A stretch of DNA of 64,000 nt from Zootoca vivipara (lineage: Eukaryota), in contig NC_083292.1 of NCBI RefSeq assembly GCF_963506605.1, positions 28,024,001-28,088,000 of the forward strand, written 5' to 3'. This document shows, piece by piece, positions 40,716 through 51,900 of this stretch. Position 1 is the stretch's first letter. Each line of letters begins with the position of its first letter. The position numbers and the translations under genes are program-made. The notes beneath the pieces are model-generated. The model did no database searches and was not told where the DNA came from. It saw only the letters and a program-made list of their open reading frames with translations.

Positions 40716-40825
40716 TGATAACTGGAACACAGATTTTGGCACTGCTGTGCAGCTTGATGGCATCCCGGATCCTGTGGGATAAGGTTTTGTTCTCCATCCC
40801 AATCCCCATATTGGGTCGTAACATG

Positions 40826-43592
40826 TTATTGTGCACACTTGCTCTGGAGGAACCAGGACAAGGAGAGATGCAGGAAATCAGGGCTGGTCTGAATGCACAG
40901 GAGATTGGCCACAGCTCCACTCAGCCTCGAGTCTTTGTCCTGCATCAGACTCTGGAAGTCAGAAAGCCCACAGTCGCACAGCAAGGACAACTCGCTCAGG
41001 TCCAATGACTGCAGCTGCATCAGCGGCTCAAATGTAGAGTGGGAGAGGGTCACTATGGGGTTCCCATGGAGGCTGAGGCTGCGCAAGGATTTCAAGCTGA
41101 GGAATGCCTCCTCAGGAATCATGGGCAGGAGGTTGGCAGAGAGATTCAGAGTCTGGAGAGACAACAGACCCTGGAAAAGTCCCTCAGGCAGGGCCCGAAG
41201 CCCATTGGAGCTGAGATTGAGGACTCTAAGCTTCTCCAAATGCTGGAAGATGTGCACACAGTTTTCTGTTTTCCAAATGTTTCCCAGGTCATTATGGGAA
41301 ATATCTAGTTCTCTGAGCTGCCTGGGGCCTCTCTCAGCCCTGAAGCACTTTGCCAGCTGATTGCCTGAGAGATTCAGGAAACGCAAGGTGGGGGTTTTGC
41401 CTAGTTGACCCCAGAGACTCCCTAAGTCACTCAGGCGGTTGGAGGAGAAGTCAAGGTGGGTCAGGTTGCTGCTAAGACGTTCGAGACCCCAGGCATCCCC
41501 AATCCTGTTTTGCCCCAGCATCAGGCGCAGAAGGGATGGGAGTTTCCCCGCCGGGACCCTCACGAGAGCATTGTCCCGGAGGTCAAGGGTTTGCAAGGAG
41601 TTCAGCCCCACCAGAGCATCGTGTTGAACAATCCCAAGGTGGTTGGACTTCAGGATGAGGTGCTGGAGTGGGGATGACCTCAGGGGTCGCAGGGCTTCTG
41701 TGTACAACTCTCCAAGCAGATTGTGGGACAGGTCGAGAATACGTAATTGGCTCAGCCCAGAGAAGGCCCCATCCTGGATCTCAGTAATCTGGTTGGATCT
41801 CAACAGCAGGATGTTGAGGTCTGGGAGCCCCGAGAAGACAGTTGGGCCCAATTCCCTGAGGAAGCCATTGGACAGGTCGAAGGAGTAAACTCCGCTGCCA
41901 CGGAGGCCAATAAAGGTGGTAGCCGAGATGCCCTTGAGGTTATGGAAACCAAACCCGCTGCCGAGGGCGGCTGAGTGCTGCATCTTGAGGTTACGGATTC
42001 GAGTGCCATTTAGTCGTGTGAAGAACTTCTGAGCTTCCACCGCGTTCCATGAGTTCAAAGAGACGTCCAGAGTTCCCAGCACAATGCTGAAGAAAGGGTT
42101 GGTGCAGGCATTGGGATTAAGCAGTCGGTTGGACGAGAGGTCAAGTAAGGCCAAATAGTGCCCCCCGAGGTGCTGTAGGTCTTCCCCACAGATCTCCCCG
42201 ATTTGGTTGAGCTTCAGCTGAAGGACGCTCAGCTTCCTCAGGCCCTGGAAAGTCGGGTCAGGCCTCAGCCTACGGATGCGGTTTCCGGAAAGATCCAGCC
42301 TCTTCAGCGATACCAAATCCTGGAAATAGCCTCTTTCCAGTACTTCTTCATCAAAACCATTGAAATCCAAGAGCAACACCTCGAGCTGGGAAAGGCCACG
42401 GAAAGCAGCTGGGTGCAAGGTCAAGTTCTTGTTGCCACCAAGATCTAGGATCGTGACGCTGGGCACATTCCGAAAGGCCCTTTCTCCGACATAGAGGGAT
42501 CCTCCCAGTTGCTTCCCAAGAGAGAGCATCCTCAGGGATGTCATTTGGGAGAAGGAGGAATCCAAGATGTTGGATAAGAAGTTGAAGTTCAGCAAGAGGA
42601 CCTGAAGGGAGCGGTCCGTTTCAGGGACTTCCTTGTGCCTTTGAGCTTGGCAATTGGCCACCAGCAGAGAATTCACTTTGGTATGGTAGCAGCGGGGCTG
42701 GCTGTCAACAGTGTAACCCAAAACCAGCAAGAAGATGATCCTACTAAAAGGAGCTGGCAAATAAGAGAGAAGAAAGGGGACATTTGTTAGTTCCCTTTTC
42801 ATTTTCCTAGCACAGCTTGTCCTGTAAAACTAACTTTCCTAAAGTTTCTTTATCTGAAGAGGTGTGCATGCACACGAAAGCTCATACCAATGACAAACTT
42901 AGTGCACTGGAAGGATTTTTAAAAATTTTGTTTCCTAAAGTTTAATGGGGCAGGAAGAAGCTTTGACAGTTGATCGATCAGAGAGATGGCATAATTTGGC
43001 TGCTGATAGTCCCAGGTTTAAATGCCACCTCTGCCACAAACACACAAAGTGGTTCAATATTGTCTCATTTGATGGGCAGCAACAAGAGCTCTTCAGGGTG
43101 TTCCTGTGCTGAAGCATCTCCCAGCATTGCTTGTCCAAGAACCTTTTAACGGGAAATGTGAGGATTTTATCATTTCTTTTCAGGTATTTTCTGCCTTTCC
43201 TCTTAAGGAGTTCAAGGCAGCAATCATGATTCTCCCCTTTCTCATTTCTTCCTTACAACACCCCCAAGTGGCCCAAGATCACCAAATGAGCTCCATGGCT
43301 GAGTGGGGATTTGAACCCTGGACTCACAGACACTATCCCAACAATCACTGGACCAAACTGACTACACAATATCCCAAACTGAAGAATCTTGGGCATGCAA
43401 AGCACGGGATTTAGCAATAGAGTTGCGGACTGACCAGCAAAAGGACGGATCATATTTTAACCACCTTTTAACACCCTCTTGTTGTGCAGAAATCTGCAAT
43501 AAAGGTTCCCTCCTTCCACACATTAGAGAGAAGTCGTGGCTATCTGTGGATGTCTGCAGTTCAAGCTGTTGGCCTTGTGAATAATAATAATA

Positions 43593-43634
<42 letters not shown>

Positions 43635-44293
43635 TGTACCCCACCCATCTGACTGGGTTTCCTCAGCCACCCCAGGTGGCTTCCATCATATATAAAAATA
43701 TATTAAATAAATAAACCTATAAAAAAATAAATAAACCTTAAAAAATAGTCCTTATACAGGGCTGCCTTCATATGGCTTATAAAAATCAGATAGTTGTTTA
43801 TCTGTTTGACATCTGATGGGAGTGCATTCCACAGGGCAGGTGCCACTACCGAGAAGGCCCTCTGCCTGGCTCCCTGTAACTTCACTTCTTGCCAGGCGGC
43901 CAACAAAAGACCTTCGGCACTGGACCTCGGTGTCCGGGCTGAACAATGGGGGTGGAGACGCTCCTTCAGGTATACAGAGTCAAGGCCGTTTAGGGCTTTA
44001 AAGGTCAGCATCAACACTTCAAATTGTGCTCGGAAATGTACCGGGAGACAATGTAGGTCTTTCAGGACCAGTGTGAAAAAACATTTGCATCCCACATATG
44101 CCACGGAGTAATGGGCCTACCCCATCTTAAAGCTCTTCACTAACCTGAAATTTGATGACTCACCTGGCAGGGGAGAATTATTGATTTCTAGAAAGAGGAC
44201 CGATCATATTGAGGGACTCAAACCCCACTTTATCTTCTGTCACTCACCTTTTGGAGCCCTCCAAAGTGGGCGACTTTGGTGAAACCTCAGCAT
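40826..44293 (-). CDS. TLR5S: Soluble Toll-like receptor 5 (TLR5S-like): signal peptide, about 21 LRRs and LRRCT, no transmembrane or TIR domain, about 657 aa
   Basis: Exon 1 44293-44248 (MLRFHQSRPLWRAPK, phase-1 donor AAG|GTGAGT) splices to the phase-1 acceptor TTTGCCAG| at 42753. Exon 2 is 42753-40826 (TAA). TLR5 signatures: LLLNFNFL, LDLGGNK, GYFQDLVSLKRLDLSGNRI, GSGFGFHNLK (LRR9 loop), LDLSHNLLGELY, LRDNAL. Ends LLCDC...C...C then stop. Confidence 0.88.
42851..42887 (+). ncRNA. Minimal hammerhead ribozyme motif in a Penelope-like fragment (42850-42931), TLR5S intron
   Basis: UAU-CUGAAGA-G-GUGUGCAUGCACAC-GAAA-GCUC-AUA; stem I is only 3 bp. Confidence 0.55.
43580..44075 (-). mobile_element. 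L2-type LINE 3' fragment in the TLR5S intron
   Basis: Decayed ORF LKDLHCLPVHFRAQFEVLMLTFKALNGL..YLKERL..RAFSVVAPALWNALP is a typical L2 ORF2 C-terminus. (TTA)n tail. Confidence 0.8.
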
Positions 44294-44317
44294 TGTGTTG
44301 AAGCTGCTGCAAAATGA

Positions 44318-44318
<1 letters not shown>

Positions 44319-44362
<44 letters not shown>
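44319..44362. repeat. (CT)n/(AG)n microsatellite just upstream of the TLR5S ATG
   Basis: About 21 dinucleotide units. Confidence 0.9.
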
Positions 44363-44365
<3 letters not shown>

Positions 44366-44389
44366 TGCTTATGGGTTGGCACAGTCCTT

Positions 44390-44835
44390 GCCCCATATAA
44401 CCACCATCCGCGCAGTTCCCTTTCTGGGCCCCACGTCAACAGCCACGTCAACAGCCTGTGTTGACTCAAATGCGATTTGGAAAGATGCATAATAGGGAAA
44501 TACTGGGGGAATTCCCTGAGGGCCCTTCAGCAGATATTACTGTTTCCCCATCCCCACCCCCCACCCCGTCCTCCGCCATGCCAGCTCATGCGCAACGTTT
44601 CCTAGGTGCACAGATCCTTAAAAGATAGCTAAAACCAAGTCCACCCAAGAATAGGCTTCCTGCACTTTGTATCATTGGGTGAAAGTGAAAATTTCAGGCA
44701 AGGTACCTTGTCGCCCTGCGGGAATGTTGTCTCCAGACCATTTCCAGCTGCAGTTTTGCCATTTTTTTATTTAAGGCCAAAGTAGTGAACTCTCAGCTTC
44801 CTGTGCCACATACGCCCCCCGAAAGGAATTTCACT
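44390..44835 (-). promoter_or_regulatory. Putative inducible promoter of TLR5S
   Basis: TATA-like at 44395-44400. Two TGACGTGG (CCACGTCA at 44431 and 44443). AP-1 TGACTCA 44462-68. Palindromic kB GGGAATTCCC 44507-16. IRF-type GAAAGTGAAA 44681-90. kB-like GGAATTTCAC at about 44825. Confidence 0.6.
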
Positions 44836-45278
44836 CAGCAGCCTGTTTCCCTACCAACTTTTTAAGAAGGGGTGGTTTAAAAAAATTATTCACAGTTGCA
44901 TTTGCAAGGCAGGGTGGTCAGGGAGAGCAGCAAGTTTCAAGAAGGGGGGAAAGGAAGGGGCTAAGCTTTCAGTGTTGCATGTCCCTTTCAGCTTGTGCAT
45001 GTCACATGCATGTAATGTAGGACTGTAGTCCTCTGTATGAAATCCCTGAACTCAGCCCAGGACTGAGTTCAGCAGTTTGGAGAAGCAGTGGTGTAGGAGA
45101 ACCGAAAATATTGCCAATATATTTCACATCTGACAACCCATGTGCCCCTTGGGTTTCAGTTAGTACATGGGTAGATGAGTCTAAAAAGCCTGGGACGCAA
45201 ATTTTCACGGCCCTCTAGCAGCTATGGTGGCTCATTTACCAGATATAATGTATTTAGCATTAACTCTGGAAGTGTTTG

Positions 45279-45425
45279 GGACACAGGTGGCACTGTGGTC
45301 TAAACCAGAGCCTAGGGCTTGCTGATCAGGCTCCCTCGGCCTATAGAGCAAGATGAGCACTGCAACCCAAGAGTTGTCAGCGACTGGACCTAACCGTCAG
45401 GGGTACCTTTTCCTTTACCTTTACC
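45279..45425 (+). mobile_element. Internally deleted Sauria SINE
   Basis: Head GGGACACAGGTGGCACTGTGG, tail TTTACCTTTACC, TSD CTGGAAGTGT. Confidence 0.75.
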
Positions 45426-45909
45426 TGGAAGTGTATACCTGATTCTGACCAAACTAAGTCTTCTGATGTATATTTTGTTCTAGGTGGGTTGGTTTGGTCG
45501 AAATCCAGTATACACTTCCAGAGGAAGGGAGAGATCCATGTATGCCACCTTGAGCTCAAATGGAATAACAATGAATAAATGAACAAATCTGGTTGGCCAG
45601 AGACAGAGGATGCTGGACTGGATGAGCCTTTGGCCTGTCCCAGCTGCTGCTGCAGGACTTTTCTCATGCTCTCATAAAATCATGCAAAAAGGAGCAACTG
45701 ACACGGTTTTATTTTATCCAGAGCTAGTTTCCTGGCTGCTGCGGAAACAAAATAGGCTTCACCAGTGAATACGGTTTAAGTTATTCTTTATTTATCACAA
45801 CTACAATGACATATTTTGAGGTCTCACCTGCCAGACATTCCCCTTCTCCCCCTACCTGCCAGGGAACAAGAGTGCAGAAACATAGTTGCCCTCCCCTCGG
45901 TCCAGCCCC

Positions 45910-48900
45910 CTAGCCGCGCTCACAGATGACCTCAATGACACTCTGCTCCATGGGCACAGGGTCAAGGCAGCGGTGGGCTGTGCTGCCCACAATCTCATCC
46001 AGCAAGAAGTGCACCAGGTTCTCATCAGAGACAAAGCGCCACAGATAGAGTTGCAGGTAGTAACAGTCCACCTGGATCTGCTGCAGGCCAAAGCGGCCAA
46101 AAGTTCGCAGGCGGACACACTCCAAGAACGTCTTCAGGCTGATCTTGATGATGCCGGTAAGCACAGAGACCTGAGTGGAAGAAGAGGATGAAGAGGATTT
46201 TTAAAATGGACAGCAGAGTGAAGATCCAAAAATCTGCCCCCGCCCCGGATGTTTTCCCTCTGCTTTCCCCCCAGAGGTGCTCACAGAAATCATTGTATGC
46301 TTTTGGACAACTGCTCAGTCTGCCTCTCTTCAGCCAGGCCTTTGGTTAAGTTGATAGCTGCCTCCCTTCCTCCTGCCCTTGCTTTATTGCACTTGCTTTA
46401 TTGGTGATGTTCTGCAACCTACCTGGCCTAGGAGTGCCAACAAAACAGGCAAATGTCGTTGCCTGTGGCTTCACCCTCCTACCCCAATCACACATTGCTG
46501 TGTCAATTTTGATGATTACAAACAGAAAAAAAACTAATAGAGAGGGGAACGCCTAAGACTCAAGAGTAAAAGCACTTATGTGGCTGCTCTTACCAGCCAA
46601 GCTTAACCATACATCCTGGACAGGTCTTACTAAGAGCCCTCATCATGGATGTTCATCACAAGCTTCTTAATAAAGGCTTGATTCACCTCTTTTCCTGGTA
46701 GCAGCCAAACGCTGCTCAGAAACTGAAAGAGGGCGGGAGATTCATTCAGCAAAGGTGCCAAGATGACCACAAGCTCCAATTCTGGGCTCCACTGAGAATA
46801 AGGCATTTTGGGAGGGGAGAAGCTGATTGGAGCTCCATGAACTATTAGACTTTAACACTGAGAAAGAGAACCCAAACGGACACCTCCCCTACATATTGCG
46901 AAAATTACGGTTATCTCCTGATCTGAGTGGTGTAATCAAATGAGGTTCAGGCTGCAACTGCAACCTTAGTGAAAGATAGATATAGATATAAATATATCAT
47001 CTAGAGATATCATCTAGATATAGATATACAGCAATAACCAAAGAAAAGGAACCTGCTACCCTTTCTAGAGATTACTCCCATCATCTGTTGGCAAGGGCAA
47101 TGGTTCCTCTCTCCCTGTGGGGTGCATGTGCATCTCCCCAAAAGCCAGATCCAGGAACCGCTGTGGAGAAGCCATCAACCCCACGTGCTTCGGCTGGAGG
47201 AAGCGCAACAGAGCACGCCACTGCAGGCTCCTCACCTTGTTGAACTCCGCAGGGCTGAAGATGTCGATGCGCTCTGAGAAAAGCTTCTGGATATTGCTCA
47301 GCAGGTTGGTATCCATGGGAGCGCTTGGGGAGAGAAGAGATGAGATGAGGCTCACACAGAGTGGCTGACTGCTTGTGGGGCTAAGGGCCGTGCCCAGGAG
47401 ACTAGCACACTATCCTCCAGCCCCTGAGCTGCCTTGCTGGAGAGGGGTTTGGATGGACATCTCTTTCCCTCTGCCCAGGCCTGCAGAGTTCCACCAGCCT
47501 CTGCTATGGGGAGAGAGCTCTGCTATCAGAAGGTGAGCAGCACACCAACGTACCCACCCAAACAGCGGGCAGGAGCCAGCAGGAACCCTTCTGCAGGTGG
47601 GGTGAATCTGAGTCTGCTGGATCCTGAGCCATCCCTACTGCCATCAGGGGGCAGCTGTGAGCCTGATCTGGGCCTCTTCGTGGCACCAGCCTTGGCACAG
47701 GCAAGGGAGGAAGGCCATTCTTTCCTGCATCCCACCCTGCTTCCATCCTGGCCAGTGCAAGCAGCAGGGATGGGGCTGCAGCGCTGGCTGGGCCATGTCA
47801 TCAACAGGTATTAGGACTGCAGCCCAAGCTGGGAAGCTGCTAGATCAATTCTTGCAAACCAGAAAATCTTTGGGGCCTATTTGGAAGGTTGCATTAGATA
47901 CACACAGTGCCCTGCCTGCTCCTTTATGACTTAGGGATGATGTAAACTCCCCAGCTCACCTGGGCGTGTAACTCGGCGCGTAGCGGCTCTGCTGCCGGGA
48001 GCTGCTGTAGACGGAGAAGGTCCTTTTGCTGGAGTCACTGCTCTGGGCTTTGCGCACACCTTCCTCATAGAGAAGTCCAACCTGCGGGGGGAGATTAACG
48101 TGTGAGGCAGTTACTCGAATGGAGAGGGACCCTCTGCACAGGTTCACCCTGACAGCTGGGGGCGGAAGGCTGGGGGAGATGAAGGCCAAACCACAGCAAG
48201 TTCTGTTTCCTGCATAAAATATGCCCATTACAAAACATGTTTCCAGCTGGGCACTTTTCTCAGAGAGAAACATAATGGCATTATAGTTCATTTTTCTGTT
48301 GTGAGCCCATGGGAAATAAAGGAAGAGTCAGGGGCACCACTGAGTGACTACAGCCTGCTTCTGCCCATCTGGGTCTAGGATTGTACCTTCTAAAGAAAGA
48401 ACCGACAAAGCTCTTCTATCTCAGCTCGATCACCGAGAACGCCCGCAGGAGCGTTGCGGGTCGTTCCCCAACTTGAGGCTCATTTGACATCAACAAAAAA
48501 AAGAGCCTTCGGTGTCGTTGGCTCAGTCCTGTGGAACACTCCGCCACTAGAGATTCAGCAGGCGCCTTCTGTGCCAACGCTTGCTGAAAACTTTTCTATT
48601 CTGCCAAACCTATGTAGCCTGTTAAGAATACATTTTTCAATGACGATTAGCCGTTTTGAAATTTCAATGTGCTTTCCGTATAGATACATTGGAAACTGAT
48701 ATTTTCATGGTATCATTATAAATAAACAAATAGATAAAAAGGAACAAACCCCCACATTCCAAACCCCTCTTCCTCATATGGTGCCCTCTCTTACCCCATA
48801 GCTGACTTTTCCATTTACAGGCAAGGTAAGAAGCTGGAACCGGGTGGTTTTCTGAAATCCCCCCCCTTTCCCCCTTTCCCCTCCGCCCCACTCACTTGAA

Positions 48901-51900
48901 CATCAATGGAGGTGGCATCCTCCACCACACGCTTCATGACGGCACGGACATTGCGTGGTTCAATGGTGGTGATCCAATCCCGCGTCTCGACGCTTTTGCG
49001 CAGCATCTGAGAGATGACCAGGCCTTGGACCTTCACGTAGTGGTTCAGCAGCTTCTGGGCGGCTTCCCGGGCTTCAGCACACAAGCCAGTGACAGGAGTG
49101 ACGGGAGAGTGGTCCTGGTCCAGAGGCAAGGCAGAGCAGGAGGAGGATGAAAAGGGTGGCACTTGGCAGCTTGATGTGGGGCTCTGGAAAACTCAAGGGG
49201 CTTTTAGATACGTAAGGAGGCTGCCTGTCACAAGGCAGGCCAGTCCACTAACAACAAAACTGGAGGTGGAGGGTGGGAAAGGCTGAGAGGGACTGGCTTG
49301 CCCAGTGTCATCCAACAGGCTCCCAGCAGAGGCAGGATTTGAACCAGGGACTTCCTGGCTCAAAGCTCGCGCTGTTAACTGCTACACCATATCAATACTA
49401 AACAGGCTATATTTGGATAGGCTTTGCTGATTTCTGAGTGGTTTGAGATTTACATCTTTCTGAACCGCATCTGGAGAAATGACATACAGTGTATGTTTTA
49501 TAGGAGGCAAGAAATGTAGGGGTTTCCTGGGGTGGTGGGGAAGCAGCAGGTGCACCCTATGCAGTGACCAAGAGACTGAGGAGTGACTGGAAAGCTAATT
49601 GACACAGTCATCAAAGAAGCGGCACTGAGGACCAGTGCCATAAACCGAGTTTACACATTTCATTCTCAGCCAACGCATGTGGAATGCAGGGGTCACAATA
49701 CTTACATTTCAAGCTTCTTCCAAAGTGACAAAACAACAATTCTAATGCATTTCTAATAAATAGTATTTACTCTGCATAGGATGAATTCCCTTGAAAGAGA
49801 CTCTGGACCCGTGATACAGGGGAGGACCCCACCTCCCCCCCACACCTGCATACACCAAGCAACAGGCTCAACAGGAAAAGACCCCTCCAAAAGCCTGGAG
49901 CAAGGATTTCTCTTTTGGGGCTGCCCCCTGGCTGAGAAAGTTCCGTGAGTCACATATACTGCAATCCCCATATTCTGCAATGAGGAAACCAGTGAGCTTT
50001 GTCACACACACACACACACACACAGATGATGCAAATGGGACAGTATGTACAGTTCTGGCTTCTGCTATTTCATTATAGGTTTATTATTTTACTGTATTTT
50101 TTAAAAAAACAAGTTTACGGAGCTTGCGTAATGGTTTGCTCCCTACCCCCCGCCACTTGTTTGGTAGTTGGCTGTAGTCGAAACAAAATTTTAAAAAATT
50201 CCTTCCAGTAGCACCTTAAAGACCAACTAAGTTTGTTATTGGTATGAGCTTTTGACACTTCTTCAGATAGTGTGCTTCACACTTGGTATCTGAAGAAGTG
50301 TGAAAGCACATGAAAGCTCATACCAATAACAAACTTAGGTTGGTCTCTAAGGTGCTACTGGAAGGATTTTTTAAAATTTTGTATATATAGAGAACAAAGC
50401 CCTATGTATATTCCATAGTTGTGTGGAATAATAGCACAGCTCAGGTCTTATTCAGATCTCAATGAACTTGCTTCTGAGCAGAGGAAAGGAAACAGTCCCC
50501 TTCTGCCCCCCCAACATAGCCATTTAAGTTTTCCAAGCCTGAAATGACTCCCAGCATCCTCTCTTCCCACGTGTGACACACCTGCACCAGAAACTGTTCA
50601 TCTGTCAATGTGAGGATGTAGCTGATGGTGGAGGTCTCGTAGTCCAGGCAGAGGCGGGAGAGGAGCAGCAGCAGGGTGGGGGGCGTGGAGCCCCCCTTGT
50701 CGCCAGTGCTCTCACAGAACTGCCGGGCTGTCTGGCAGATGGACTTGATGAAGCTGACAATGAGGCCTTCGCGGACACCCTGGCTGCAGAATTCCCCCTA
50801 GGAAAAAGCAAGGAGAGGCACAGGGGAATGTGGGAGGCATCGCAGCAAAAAGTCTCAGCCACCCAACCGTTAACCCTTCCTTCTCCGGCAAGAACAGGGA
50901 CAGAGGCTCTGCCAGAGTTCGTTCCTCGGGTCCCTCGACCACTCACTGGGTCAGCCAAGACACTGACAAACGGGAGGGATGGCTGAAGTGGAGGATGCTG
51001 GCAAAGCCCATTGTTCATAGGTGGTGAGAAAGCTTTGAGCCTTTGCTTTTCTTAAGAGCGAAATCACATAGCAGGACTGGAGCTATGTGGGGCAGATCAA
51101 GTAACGGGGCCACCAGCTGCTGAACCACCAGGAAGCCACTACAGCTGTTCACATTGGGGAAGAAGGGTTAAGGAGCCCTTACCTCATTTCAGACATTTCA
51201 TAGAATTGTAGGGTTGGAAGGGACCCCAAGGGTCAATAGTCCAACTCCCAGCAATGCAGGGATCTTTCAGAGATGCAAGTGGCTGAGGGGCATAATGAGA
51301 AGGCATCCATGCAGACTAGCAGCTATGGGGCCCCATCGCAGAGCAGGCAGAGGCTTCAGGCTGGCAGCTGCATATCCCGAAATGTAAACTAAAGAGACAG
51401 AGGCTGGGTACACCCAGGTCTGCCTTAACCCCCAGAAGGGAGATATTCTGGGGTGCTTCTCCCACAAGCAGAGAAGTCCATCCCACAAAAGCAGGACCCA
51501 AGGAGGAGTTTCTTATGGGGTTTCTGGTGGTAGTGGAAGGGTCTTGTCGTGAAGCCTACAGAAGGTTTGGCTCTCATACAATTTGTGTTGCCATGGGTTA
51601 CCTTATGTAATTCTACATATGTGCATCCATGCATTCTTATTTATTGTGATGTATCAAGCCTCCGGGATCCAGCAAGCAACTTTCTCTCTGAAAAGTCTAA
51701 CAAAATCTCTTTCTTTCTCTCCTTACCTTGAAATACGGCTTGTTAGAGAAAGTGATATCCTTGGCAGTGAAGAGGTGGACGTAGGTGAGCACAGACTTGA
51801 TCTGGTTGAGGATGGAGGCTGAGATGGTGCCCAGCAGCTCTGCCAGGTTGGGGCTGTCCTTCCCCATGAGCCGAGGGGCCGCCAAGGACTGGCGCACGTC

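Noticed and set aside
38000-40800. Possible downstream TM/TIR exon for TLR5
   Set aside because: No ORF with TIR box motifs. The only hydrophobic run is the (TTA)n microsatellite translated as poly-Ile.
40826-42802. ORF-track start MKRELTNV.. for the LRR gene
   Set aside because: The first about 16 codons are the intron polypyrimidine tract. A phase-compatible exon 1 at 44293-44248 gives a better N-terminus.
46975-47030. Quasi-palindromic GATATA/TCTAGA tract in a VPS51 intron
   Set aside because: Low-complexity microsatellite-like sequence with no further support.
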